A DNA stretch of 64,000 bases from IMG/VR virus record IMGVR_UViG_2061766007_000491; one strand, written 5' to 3'. The translations under genes and the position numbers were made by a program. Positions 47,419 through 57,695 of the stretch are shown piece by piece. This DNA comes from an uncultured virus (IMG/VR IMGVR_UViG_2061766007_000491) (taxonomy: Duplodnaviria > Heunggongvirae > Uroviricota > Caudoviricetes). How positions within the stretch are numbered: position 1 is the stretch's first letter; every line of letters starts with the position of its first letter. The notes under the pieces are model-generated. The model worked only from the letters and a program-made list of their open reading frames with translations, was not told where the DNA came from and searched no databases.

Positions 47419-50184
47419 ATGGCTGGAAGTCCTATTGAAAATAAGAGTTTAAGTTTTGACAAGGTACTGGATGACCTGAAAACCTATGTGCAGAGTTTAC
47501 CCGATTACGCACGGTGGAAGGACTTTTATGCCTCTAGTGCAGGTGCTACGTTCTTAGAGTTGCTTGCGGGTACAGGAGCCTATTTGAACTTTCACAGTTT
47601 GGCTTCGAGGCGTGAGAGCTACTTAGAGACGGCTAAGTTAAAGTCCAGTGTATATAACATGGCAACGATGCTGGGTTATGAACCGAATAGACGGACTGCG
47701 CCTGTGTTTAGAGTACACCTGTTAAAGAACCCTGGGCTGTACCCGAAAGCGAGTGAAGGTTTTGTATGGCCGAGCAAGAATGTGCCAATAGCGACTTATA
47801 ACGGCTATAACTTGGTGACACTGGACACGATAAGCGTATTGAACCGTCAGGAAATGGCTGGTAAGGTGTTTGATATTTGCATGGGTGACTGGACACGACA
47901 GGAGCAGGTCGTGGAAGAGACAAAGCCGTTCTTGAAAATGTTTATCGAGGATAACAGTATAGACAACAGCCTTGACCATATTTTTGTAACGGTGTTGCAG
48001 TCCAGCAATTCAATGGCGCAAGTACCTTTGACGGGTGTACGGTATGCGGAAGAGCTAGTCCCGCCTGACAGTGAGACTAAAGTGCTGATACGCAGTAGTT
48101 ATGACGGTGTAACACTGGTGTTTGGTGATGGGAGCTTTGGCTATAAGGTGGGCATGGGTGATGTGGTTCGGGTCGAGTATTTAAGTACGGTTGGACGGCC
48201 AGCAGTGAGCGTGAGCAGTGAATCATTGAGGGAGAGCCTGAAATGGAGTGTGGACTGGCTAGGTGATATGGTGGATTACATTGAGGTATTGAGTCCTGGA
48301 TATGAAGAGGATAGTCTGGATAAGATAAGGTCGTTAGCGAGTGGGTACTTTGCTGCGAGAAGGAGGATGCTGACTGTATCCGATCACAATGCAGTGCTGA
48401 TGAGTTACCCTGATGTAGTGAGTGCTGGGACACGGAGAAAGGGCTATGGTGATGGTTTATCATGCTGTATCGTGCAAATGTGTCCGTTATTTGAGGATGA
48501 ACACGTTATAAACAGTGATGACAGAGAGGTAGTTATATCGAGCGTGGAATTGGAAGAGGGCGTGTATAAGTTTATATTGGATGCAGACTACGATTTAAGG
48601 CTATTCACGGGGGGTTATAATTCCAGTACGGTACAATACCCGAACCTGAGCTTTAAGCTGTATGTGGATAAGGGTCAGGAAGGGAGTCTGACAGGGCTGA
48701 GTCAATACCCGACTTATTACGTTATATCGGATATTACGGACAGAATAGTGTCGGAGGTGGACGGTGCAACAGTAGTGACACCTGCGACATTTAAGCTGAA
48801 AGACCCTGTAACACTGGATTATATAGGCGGTGAGGAACTGCCTGAGTGGAAGAATGGCACACTGATGGCGGGAGCGGATGATTACTTGGCACAGGATAGG
48901 TCAGTGGGTGGCTTGAATCGAACAACGGTGATAACGAGTTGGAACTATGGCGACAATTTGGAAGAGGATAATAATACGCTGACTTTGGCAAACAATACGG
49001 ACTTAGTAGATGGAGCAAGGGTGGGCTTTGCGTTTGGTGGTGCTTTATTGGAGGATGGTTCAGAGGTGTGTTTACCTGAACCGTTAATGAGTGCGTTGTT
49101 GGCTAACCCTGAAACAGAGTGGGCGGTTGAACGTGTAGATGATGATAGTTTGAGCTATAGACTATTGGATGAGAATAACAATCCGATAGTGTTCAGTAAC
49201 TACAAGATCAATGTGGGTACTGAGAATGAAACGGAGGTATCTCCGAAAGGGACGGTCATGTTTAAGTGGAAAGCGAACACGGATTCAGCATTGATAAGCT
49301 GGAACGTGGAGAATAACACGATTACTGTACCGAATACTGTGACTTTAGAAGATAATCAGGTCGTATGGTTTAGCGGTATTGACCCCGATATGCACTACTA
49401 CAGAGAGTTGCCAGCAGGTACGTCACACTTGCCATACCATGACCCTGTGAGTGTTGGGAACGAGTGGAATAAGCCTTGGGGCAGAACTGTAAGAGGCAGT
49501 GCGTTTGTGCCTTTATGGTTGCCGAGACAGTGTTATACACACTATGGATGGTCACAGAATGGGAGTGGCCCACAGTTTTTAGCCAGACCGAAAGCAGGGA
49601 CACCGAATGAGTATGAGATTTATGATCTGAATGGACATAAGCTGACGATTACAAACGCAGGGGTAGCGAATTGCTGGCTGTGCTGGTCGAAGGAAGGGGA
49701 TAAGGACAACTATGGTACGAGAGAACAGCGGTCTATCATGTTGTTTATGGAAGATATGAAGGTAGCTGGTGAGGTGATAGAGCTAGTTGACCCTGTAAAG
49801 GTGATACTACAGATGAAAATGACGGTGGTTGTAGAGGATGCTGTGACGGTATCGGAATTGGAAACACAGATACAAGAGGTGTTGCAGGGACGGATAAAGA
49901 GGCTGGGCAAGACGTTCCGACCTGGTGAAGTGGTTGCAGAAGTAAGTAAGTTACAGGGCGTTAAGCGTGTGTACCTGAAATATCCGACCAGCGATAAGGA
50001 ATTGGATTATAACCAGTACATTGGGTTTGATGAAGGAACGTATCTGGACTTGAGGATAAGGGAGGCTATTTTCGGAGATATAAACCATTACATAGCACCG
50101 TTAGACTTGAATATAACTACGAATGAGAGTACAATAGTGGATATGGTTCCTGATGCCACAAAGGGTTACTATGAGGAGATTTAA
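47419..50184 (+). CDS. baseplate wedge protein (gp6/J-like) with a large insertion
   Basis: LSFD...DL, RESYLETAK..SSV...A.MLGY.P, FGDG.FG, V.VEYLST.G, R.LT.SD. Confidence 0.85.
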   Translation: MAGSPIENKSLSFDKVLDDLKTYVQSLPDYARWKDFYASSAGATFLELLAGTGAYLNFHSLASRRESYLETAKLKSSVYNMATMLGYEPNRRTAPVFRVHLLKNPGLYPKASEGFVWPSKNVPIATYNGYNLVTLDTISVLNRQEMAGKVFDICMGDWTRQEQVVEETKPFLKMFIEDNSIDNSLDHIFVTVLQSSNSMAQVPLTGVRYAEELVPPDSETKVLIRSSYDGVTLVFGDGSFGYKVGMGDVVRVEYLSTVGRPAVSVSSESLRESLKWSVDWLGDMVDYIEVLSPGYEEDSLDKIRSLASGYFAARRRMLTVSDHNAVLMSYPDVVSAGTRRKGYGDGLSCCIVQMCPLFEDEHVINSDDREVVISSVELEEGVYKFILDADYDLRLFTGGYNSSTVQYPNLSFKLYVDKGQEGSLTGLSQYPTYYVISDITDRIVSEVDGATVVTPATFKLKDPVTLDYIGGEELPEWKNGTLMAGADDYLAQDRSVGGLNRTTVITSWNYGDNLEEDNNTLTLANNTDLVDGARVGFAFGGALLEDGSEVCLPEPLMSALLANPETEWAVERVDDDSLSYRLLDENNNPIVFSNYKINVGTENETEVSPKGTVMFKWKANTDSALISWNVENNTITVPNTVTLEDNQVVWFSGIDPDMHYYRELPAGTSHLPYHDPVSVGNEWNKPWGRTVRGSAFVPLWLPRQCYTHYGWSQNGSGPQFLARPKAGTPNEYEIYDLNGHKLTITNAGVANCWLCWSKEGDKDNYGTREQRSIMLFMEDMKVAGEVIELVDPVKVILQMKMTVVVEDAVTVSELETQIQEVLQGRIKRLGKTFRPGEVVAEVSKLQGVKRVYLKYPTSDKELDYNQYIGFDEGTYLDLRIREAIFGDINHYIAPLDLNITTNESTIVDMVPDATKGYYEEI

Positions 50185-50186
50185 TA

Positions 50187-53100
50187 ATGTCTGAGCCGTT
50201 TATACTGAATGCTGGTGAAATTGGTATAATACACACTTATGAGAATGAGAGTGTGTATATAGACATAAAAGCCTCGTGTGCGGAGGCTATAGTGGATGAT
50301 ACGTCTATAGATGACCCACCAACGGAGGAGCAGAGACGGAAAGCGTTAGAGAATCTGGGGTTAGAACTGTCTGTACTGTCTAAGTTTGAGGATAAGGAAT
50401 CGTATGTCAATCATGTGTTTGGCAGAAGGTTGGTTCCTGATGGCGGATTGAGCTATGAATTAGTAAAGACTGTACTGGAAAGAAACCAAGCATGGAACCT
50501 GTATAGAGTAAAAATAACCCCTTTAATGGAGCGGTATGGTGCTGCTGCTATACAGATAACAGTAGCGGATTATAACCAAGAAGAGGTTGAGTATGCGGAT
50601 TATGACACGGATGGTATTGCGATTTACTGGCAGAGGGTGGATGCCTCTCCCAGAATGACCGACTTGAAGGATGTGGTTATTGGCAAGGATAGATTGTCGG
50701 GGGTGTTTGAGTTTAAGGTGATGGATGAGGAGTCAGACTCGAAAGACCTGATCGTGGATATGCGACCCAAGACCGAGGGCATTATCCAGAGCATCCAGCA
50801 GACCACACCGCTTGAACCTATCAAGAACGGTTATGTCAGACCAGGCTGGACGTATCATGTCAAGGGTGGCACGGAGATACTTTATTCCAGCAAGATATAT
50901 ACGGCTGGCAGTACGTTTAAGGGGTTAGAGAATTATAAGACGTGGAGCAAGACCGATAAGAGTACAGGTGAGGAAGAGGTCTTTGAGATAGATGGTATCA
51001 CGAGAGCCTATCAGATCATGCCTGAGCAGGGTGTGACTGGAAGCACCGAGGTAGAAGTGACTATAGCGGATAGGATGACCATTGATTATTATGGAACTAT
51101 CCGTCATTTAATGAGGCTGACTCATTACAAGACGATATTTGACAGTGTGGGGTTCTGGACAGGTGACGGTCAGGGTTATGGATATGTTGAACCTGATACA
51201 TACACGGATGTAAACGAATGGGATTATAAGTATATCGCCACAGGACAGACACACCGTGACTTTGTTATAGGTACTGTAAAGGATGGGAGCTACTTGATTA
51301 CAGTAGGCTATGGTCATGTGAGATGGGGGGATGCCGATGAAGGTGAAGAGGAAGTTTCTATCCCTGTAGGCATGGTTGGCTGGGGTGATATGGTTAAGGT
51401 CAAGGATAAGGACAAAGGCTTATGGGTATCGAATAAGGACGGGGATAATAACTACTTATATAATATAGAATTTTACGGTGTTTCTTATGGCTCTGATGCA
51501 GAGGCGAATACACGTTTTGTAGCAGTAGGCGTAAAGTATGTGAACGGTGTTCCTTATGGTGTGGTGTATAGCTCTGGTGATGCTAAGAAGTGGTATTTGG
51601 AAGCCGTACTGGATGAGGGTGTTATATTAAAGAGTGTTGATTTTTCTAACGGATATTTTGTAGCAGCGGGCAATAAGGATGGATATGGTACGGTTATTTA
51701 TTCTTGTGCTATAAAAGGTGTGTGGAGGGAGATCAATCAGACATTCAGCCGAAGGGTGTTTGCGCTGGATAGTACGTCACCTGAGTATTACATAGACGAT
51801 GTAACGAGTCTGAACCATTTAGGCGATACGTTTATTTTGACTGGTTCAGTAAGGCATAAGGTGTCAAATGGATATATAGCAGACCGTTATAGTACGGTTG
51901 TTATGTATGGAAGTGCTTTAGGTGATTGGACAGTGGAGAAGATACCTTGGGGGCGTGGATGGTTAGTAGGGTTGACGAATGCGGGTAACTTTATTTTAGG
52001 CGTTGGTAATGATTACACGGCGGTGCTGGTAACGCCTGATATGAGGTTTTACAATCAATGGTACACGAACAAGGATGCAGTGCCTACCGATGCTTACGCT
52101 ATCAATTCAGTTGCGTTTGGTGCTGGGTTGATATTTGGCGTGGGTGATATGAACATGGCAATGGTCAGTTCTACCTCGGTGCGGTTGACAGAAGGGAGCT
52201 TTGTGGTGACTGTTACGGATTGGTGGGAGAGCAAGGACTTTTTACCGAGCGCAATCAGAGAGCATCCGCTGTTCGCAAAGACGGCAGAGTTGCTTGATTA
52301 TCTTGTCACTCAAGGACATATACAGAACATGATTAAAGTGGATAATCTCTATGAAGGAAAGTCTATCCACTTTGACGAGAACTATTTAACGAACTTACTG
52401 ACAGATGATTCTTTCAGGGCGTTAGATATTGCACAGGATAATAAGGAGACGTTAGCGGTTATAGCAGCGAACATATACAACATAAAAGGCACGGTGAGGG
52501 GGTTGAAGTATATGTTGAGTCTGTTAAGTGTGGCTGGGCAAACATTGGATGCGGATGTGTACGATTGGGTTTATGTCAATAAGAACTTGGAAGAGTTTAA
52601 TTTGGCACAGCCTTTAGATGCTTGTACGGTGCTGGTAAAGGTGAAAGTGCCTTTAAGCATACACTTGGATGAAGCGTTAGAGCATAGACTGGTGGAGATC
52701 ATGCAGAGCTTCTTCTGGATATGCGCTAACATAGTATTTAACTGGACAAGAACGATTGAGACCGATGTTGAGTTTCACGACTTGTTTGACGCACAAGAGG
52801 AGGTTCCACCGTTTGAGGATAGCTGGCCGTTCGGGAGACCGTATGACATACTGAAACATGATGATATGGAGGCTTGGGCTGAGGTTGTTAGTGTGTTTGA
52901 GGAAAGTATTGGTGATATTAGCTGGGAAGCGGACTTAGCAACGCCAGTGGATATTAAAGAGGATTTGGGGGTTTATGACGGTCTGGCGTTTCGGAATAGC
53001 TGGTTAGATACGCAAGAGCCAACAGATGATGACATACTGATTGACACGAAGCTATGGTGTAAAGAATGGGTGTACGATACCAGTGAATCGTGGAGTGACT

Positions 53101-53822
53101 ATTTTGATTGGGTCAGTGCTGATATTGACTGGCAAACCTCTTTTGAGGTGTGGGATTTATTCTCTTTGGAAGAGAGCAGTGGGTTTATTACAGAGTTATC
53201 GGATGAGGTCGAGATTGATGTGGTGTTGGAAATGGATTTCCCGATGTCGTTTAGTGATTGGACGGAATCGGTGGAGGATAGTGTTGAGTTTGATATTGAG
53301 CCGTTCGTGGAGGATGCGCTGAATATAAGCTGGTGCAGTATGGGTACAGTGTGGGTATCACTGGAAGGATGGAGTGATGAGGTTACGATTGACGGCGATA
53401 TACTCACTATGGAAGAGCAGGTCACAAGCTGGGCTGAATCGTTTCCTGGTGCTACGGTCAGCTACGATATGGATTTGTCGCTGGATGCGTGGATTGACCA
53501 TGCCTTTGAAGGGTCTGTGTACTTGTGGGAAGATACAAAGGTTGGTGGTGAAAGTGATGGGATTTTTGTGACCTCTGTGAAATATAATGATGAATTAGAT
53601 ATTTCAGCAGATTGGGGCTTTTATCACAGTGACTATTTCCCTGTGAGTGATGGTCATGTGGATTTCACCTCTGGGATGAAGGTCGAGCTTGATGACGAAT
53701 TAGAGATAACGTCATGGTTGCTAATTGCCTATATTACAACGTACCCCGAATATGGAATTGATTTGATTTGGGGTTCCTTTGAATACGGCACAGAGGAGTA
53801 CGAGGTTAGGATTTTGAGCTAA
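50187..53822 (+). CDS. large baseplate/tail-associated protein (gp7-like module plus accessory domains)
   Basis: 1211 aa; IYNIKGT.RGL motif; beta-propeller-like middle; very acidic C-terminal third. Confidence 0.55.
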   Translation: MSEPFILNAGEIGIIHTYENESVYIDIKASCAEAIVDDTSIDDPPTEEQRRKALENLGLELSVLSKFEDKESYVNHVFGRRLVPDGGLSYELVKTVLERNQAWNLYRVKITPLMERYGAAAIQITVADYNQEEVEYADYDTDGIAIYWQRVDASPRMTDLKDVVIGKDRLSGVFEFKVMDEESDSKDLIVDMRPKTEGIIQSIQQTTPLEPIKNGYVRPGWTYHVKGGTEILYSSKIYTAGSTFKGLENYKTWSKTDKSTGEEEVFEIDGITRAYQIMPEQGVTGSTEVEVTIADRMTIDYYGTIRHLMRLTHYKTIFDSVGFWTGDGQGYGYVEPDTYTDVNEWDYKYIATGQTHRDFVIGTVKDGSYLITVGYGHVRWGDADEGEEEVSIPVGMVGWGDMVKVKDKDKGLWVSNKDGDNNYLYNIEFYGVSYGSDAEANTRFVAVGVKYVNGVPYGVVYSSGDAKKWYLEAVLDEGVILKSVDFSNGYFVAAGNKDGYGTVIYSCAIKGVWREINQTFSRRVFALDSTSPEYYIDDVTSLNHLGDTFILTGSVRHKVSNGYIADRYSTVVMYGSALGDWTVEKIPWGRGWLVGLTNAGNFILGVGNDYTAVLVTPDMRFYNQWYTNKDAVPTDAYAINSVAFGAGLIFGVGDMNMAMVSSTSVRLTEGSFVVTVTDWWESKDFLPSAIREHPLFAKTAELLDYLVTQGHIQNMIKVDNLYEGKSIHFDENYLTNLLTDDSFRALDIAQDNKETLAVIAANIYNIKGTVRGLKYMLSLLSVAGQTLDADVYDWVYVNKNLEEFNLAQPLDACTVLVKVKVPLSIHLDEALEHRLVEIMQSFFWICANIVFNWTRTIETDVEFHDLFDAQEEVPPFEDSWPFGRPYDILKHDDMEAWAEVVSVFEESIGDISWEADLATPVDIKEDLGVYDGLAFRNSWLDTQEPTDDDILIDTKLWCKEWVYDTSESWSDYFDWVSADIDWQTSFEVWDLFSLEESSGFITELSDEVEIDVVLEMDFPMSFSDWTESVEDSVEFDIEPFVEDALNISWCSMGTVWVSLEGWSDEVTIDGDILTMEEQVTSWAESFPGATVSYDMDLSLDAWIDHAFEGSVYLWEDTKVGGESDGIFVTSVKYNDELDISADWGFYHSDYFPVSDGHVDFTSGMKVELDDELEITSWLLIAYITTYPEYGIDLIWGSFEYGTEEYEVRILS

Positions 53823-53844
53823 ATTTAACTATAAACATACGAGT

Positions 53845-54438
53845 ATGGAAGATAGAGTAATAACGGTTGATGCGAATAACAGCGCATTACATGAGAGTGT
53901 CCAGGAATATGCGTTAAAGATGCGTGGTCATGTGCGTATTCTTGTTGATGATGAAGAGAAGGGCAGCTATGTTCACTTTGACGATCATAACATTATTGTG
54001 AATGGTGCAAAAACGGTGATGGCTGCCATGATCGCAAAGGGTGACAGTTCCTATAAGATTAGCGGTCTTGAGTTAGGTATAGGACACCAGGGTGGTGATA
54101 TTCTGAACCCTTCAGCACCGCAAGCAAGTGATACAGCGTTGGGTAATTCTGTAGCGAATGGTGATGTGCCATATACATGGGTTGCAGTGGGTGATAATTA
54201 TTATCCGAAGTCTCTTGTTCCAGGAGTGAATACCGCTAAGTTCACTTTTGTATTGGCAAAGACTAACGGTAATGGCCCTACTAATGGTTCGGGTGTGGTT
54301 GCCTATACGGAAGCTGGCCTGTGGGCGGTAGCTGCGCCGACTGAATCAGGTGCGACTTTGTTTGCGCTTGAGACGTTCCCAGCGTTGATTAAGAACAACT
54401 CAAGGCAGATCACATTTGAGTGGTCAATTATATTCTAA
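53845..54438 (+). CDS. tail collar / baseplate fibre-attachment protein
   Basis: HNIIVNG, DTAL, TEAGL, LFA..TFP...K......FEW.I.F. Confidence 0.6.
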   Translation: MEDRVITVDANNSALHESVQEYALKMRGHVRILVDDEEKGSYVHFDDHNIIVNGAKTVMAAMIAKGDSSYKISGLELGIGHQGGDILNPSAPQASDTALGNSVANGDVPYTWVAVGDNYYPKSLVPGVNTAKFTFVLAKTNGNGPTNGSGVVAYTEAGLWAVAAPTESGATLFALETFPALIKNNSRQITFEWSIIF

Positions 54439-54457
54439 GTAATTAGGAGATAGGCAT

Positions 54458-54790
54458 TTGAGAGTTCCGATTTGTCTATTTGAAAGAGAGGACTTAGTTT
54501 ATCTGCGTGATAGACTAGGCCCTCTTCGTACACGGAACGGTTGCCTGGTGTTCACCAGTGGCGAGTGGAGGCGTGTGTTGAACTGGACAGGTACGGGCTT
54601 AACAGAGAGAGAAAAAGCACAGAAACGATTATCTCTTCGGTTAAGTGCAGAGTTTATGGAGCAAAAGAAGAGGGGTGCAGATAGATGCACTCTTTTTCGT
54701 ATTGTGGAAAGTGTTATAAAATATGAGCCAGTGGTGGGGGAATGGATGTTAGCTAGGATGGACGATAGCAAACATGGCAGAATGGCATAA
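54458..54790 (+). CDS. hypothetical protein
   Basis: 110 aa; AGGAG upstream of a TTG start. Confidence 0.45.
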   Translation: MRVPICLFEREDLVYLRDRLGPLRTRNGCLVFTSGEWRRVLNWTGTGLTEREKAQKRLSLRLSAEFMEQKKRGADRCTLFRIVESVIKYEPVVGEWMLARMDDSKHGRMA

Positions 54791-55229
54791 TGTATTATCG
54801 TATGTCTATAACGGGGAATCAGCTACGGGAATTGGAGAACCCGCTGACCCTGGTTCACCATTGGGTACGGCTAACCGTACCAGTGTTGAGTTATTAGAAA
54901 ACGATAATTGGTTACGAGATAACTTTAACAATTATGCAGCACTAGCGGGGGCAACTTTTATGGGAATGGTGACATTGGCACTTGACCCTGTGCAAGAGTT
55001 GGATGCAGTAACAAAAAGATATGCAGACACTAAAGCGAAACCATTGCGGTTTGATTTTGTGACCGCACAAGACGAATGGGTGTGTGTGCATAACTTAGAT
55101 CGGGAAGTGAGTGTGACAGTGCTGGATGAGAGTGGGGAGCAGGTATTTGGTGGTGTTTCAGTTATTGACAGTAACAGTATTAAAATCAATTTCTGTGTGC
55201 CGTTACGGGGTACTGTGTACATCGTATAA
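54774..55229 (+). CDS. small tail-fibre-associated protein
   Basis: L.ENDNWL, DAVTKRYAD, HNLD motifs. Confidence 0.6.
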   Translation: MAEWHNVLSYVYNGESATGIGEPADPGSPLGTANRTSVELLENDNWLRDNFNNYAALAGATFMGMVTLALDPVQELDAVTKRYADTKAKPLRFDFVTAQDEWVCVHNLDREVSVTVLDESGEQVFGGVSVIDSNSIKINFCVPLRGTVYIV

Positions 55230-55238
55230 GGCACACAG

Positions 55239-55294
55239 AAGAACGAGAACAATATATTGTTATCAGGAAAAGAACGAGAACAATATATTGTTAT
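55239..55294. repeat. 25-bp direct repeat x2, each copy containing a 14-bp palindrome
   Basis: AAGAACGAGAACAATATATTGTTAT at 55239-55263 and 55270-55294; palindrome AACAATATATTGTT. Confidence 0.9.
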
Positions 55295-55305
55295 AAGGTT
55301 ATGGT

Positions 55306-57690
55306 ATGGCAACGACAATAAGATACTATCAGTCAGTTACTTTCATGGGTGGTGCAGAATTGCAGAACCCACGAATAGAGAATCAGAGTTCCAACCCTGC
55401 TTCTGGGTACATAGGACAGATGTATTATAACACACAGGATTCATGTTTATATGTGTGTTATCAGACATCGCCGAGTGTTGCGTGGAAGAAGGTTGGAGCT
55501 GGGGGTGCTATCGTCCAAGCAGACAGTAGTGTAACGAACCCAGCAATCAATGTAGCATCCAGTTCAGACAGTGATGGAGTTACAACGTATAAGTTAAGTG
55601 TTCAGGGTTTAGCGAACAGTAATATATCGAATAACGCAGCTATAGCGTGGAGTAAACTAGCTACAGGTACGGCGAACAGGTTGACAGTGACGAATGGGAG
55701 CGGTGTATTGACGACTTCACCGTTTACAGTGGGTGCAGGTGGAACGGGTGTAGCAGGTACGATCAATGTAGCTGGGTATCGGGTGACGAATGTGGCTGAC
55801 CCGATAGATGGAACGGATGCAATCAATTTTTCAACATTAAAGGCGTGGTTTAGCGGTAACGTGGATATACATGAGCCTTGTGATGTAGCTACTACAGCGA
55901 ACATCGCTTTGACAGGTACGTCTGTACCGACCGTGATTGACGGCGTTGATATATCAACAGGCGGTGGTTCTACAATGCGTGTTTTGGTGTGGAACCAAAC
56001 GAATGCGACACAGAACGGTATATACGATTGGGTTTATAATTCCAGTACGGGCAAGGCGACTCTGACTCGTTCTAGTGATTGTAATGAGAACACGGAGCTT
56101 TATCCAGGTTCGACCACATACGTTATTGGGGGTAATACCTATGCTTCAACTGGTTTCGTGCAGAAAGACCAAGGTTCAGGTGTAGGCGGTGCGATTGGGA
56201 TTGGGTCAGAGGCGAATAATTGGGTAGAGAATTATTCTATAGCTAAGATCAATGCAGGTGCAGGTTTAACAAGAGTGGGGAACACTATATCGGTGAACCC
56301 GAATAGTACGTTAGCGATAGATACGAATAGTAAGGTGGGCTTGGCTACTGTAACAGTGACTACTACTGGTTCAGGTGCGAGCAATACGACACCGACATTG
56401 ACAGTGGATGACTATGGCAGGGTGTCTGCTATAACTTACAATGCTATTAAGATCGCTGCTGGGGATATAACAAGCGGTGTTTTAGGTAGAGCAAGAGGCG
56501 GTACGGGCATTGCTACGGTGGCAAAAGGTGATATTTTGTATGGCAGTGCAGCGAATACTTGGGGTAGGTTAGCTATTGGTGGGACTTCTTATGCTGGGAC
56601 AATCCTTTATAATACAGGAGAAGTGCCTGAGTGGAAAACACTAGGGGATGCTGGCATTGCAAGCACGGGACATACACACCAGATAACAAACTTGCAGATT
56701 GGTGATGCTGGGTTAAATTCTAATTTAACAAGACAGTTTTTGCGGAAACAGTTGTCAGGTGCAGGTTCTACTTCAACACCAGAATGGTCTTACATAGATG
56801 CGTTAGACTTGTTCTATTGTAACTCTGTAGGGGGTGTTCCAGTACAGGACACAACACAGAATGGTTTACTTGTGTTAGAGGGAGGGCAGGGTCATTGGTT
56901 GACAACAGACCAGCCAGGCTCGGCACATGGGGCGTTGTTCTTGGGTATAGTATCCTCAACGTCAGGCTCGACTTCACCAAACCAGTTTAGTATCTTAGAT
57001 TTTGATGAGTATGTAGCGGAATACTTGACAGGGTTAGGCACAACAGGTGTGGTCAGAGTGGATAATGGTACAGTGTCGCTTGGGCAAGTTTCATTGGGTT
57101 CTACAACAGATGTGACGGGTATCTTACCGTTAGCGAATGGCGGTACAGGTGCGGATTTATCTAGTACATCCACTTATAAGCAGTGGGGTGTTGTGTATAG
57201 GGCTTCTGCTACTGCGTTAAGCATGACTGCTGCGGGTACAGCGAATAGACCGTTAGTAGGTAATGGAAACGCAGCACCGAAGTGGGCGAGCTATGCGTTA
57301 CCAGCTTCGCTTACAGCTAATACTATCTTGGTGGGAACGAGTACGACAGCGGTTGGCTGTACGAATGTGTTGCCGTTCACGGTTGGAATTGAACAGGGCG
57401 GTACGGGTGCAACTACAGAGGCTTCTGCTAGAGCTAACCTGCACATTCCCAGGTATTTCTCACAACAGATAACAGACTGGACGACACAGGATTATACTGT
57501 TACACATAACTTGGGTTCGTCTAAAGCTCTTGTTCAGCTATACGAACAAAATAGTACGGATAACACTAAGTGGGAGAAGGTAGATGTTGGGTTGACGGTT
57601 ACAACGAACACTATTATACTCTCTTCGGCGAAGGCTGGCATAATGAGTGGAAAGACGTTATTGGTGACTGCCGTACTTATTGAAGCATAA
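55306..57690 (+). CDS. tail fibre protein
   Basis: 794 aa Gly/Thr/Ser-rich; RVLV.NQT....NGIY, VDDYGRV, LP.ANGGTG, ARANL, THNLG motifs. Confidence 0.8.
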   Translation: MATTIRYYQSVTFMGGAELQNPRIENQSSNPASGYIGQMYYNTQDSCLYVCYQTSPSVAWKKVGAGGAIVQADSSVTNPAINVASSSDSDGVTTYKLSVQGLANSNISNNAAIAWSKLATGTANRLTVTNGSGVLTTSPFTVGAGGTGVAGTINVAGYRVTNVADPIDGTDAINFSTLKAWFSGNVDIHEPCDVATTANIALTGTSVPTVIDGVDISTGGGSTMRVLVWNQTNATQNGIYDWVYNSSTGKATLTRSSDCNENTELYPGSTTYVIGGNTYASTGFVQKDQGSGVGGAIGIGSEANNWVENYSIAKINAGAGLTRVGNTISVNPNSTLAIDTNSKVGLATVTVTTTGSGASNTTPTLTVDDYGRVSAITYNAIKIAAGDITSGVLGRARGGTGIATVAKGDILYGSAANTWGRLAIGGTSYAGTILYNTGEVPEWKTLGDAGIASTGHTHQITNLQIGDAGLNSNLTRQFLRKQLSGAGSTSTPEWSYIDALDLFYCNSVGGVPVQDTTQNGLLVLEGGQGHWLTTDQPGSAHGALFLGIVSSTSGSTSPNQFSILDFDEYVAEYLTGLGTTGVVRVDNGTVSLGQVSLGSTTDVTGILPLANGGTGADLSSTSTYKQWGVVYRASATALSMTAAGTANRPLVGNGNAAPKWASYALPASLTANTILVGTSTTAVGCTNVLPFTVGIEQGGTGATTEASARANLHIPRYFSQQITDWTTQDYTVTHNLGSSKALVQLYEQNSTDNTKWEKVDVGLTVTTNTIILSSAKAGIMSGKTLLVTAVLIEA

Positions 57691-57695
57691 ACTCT

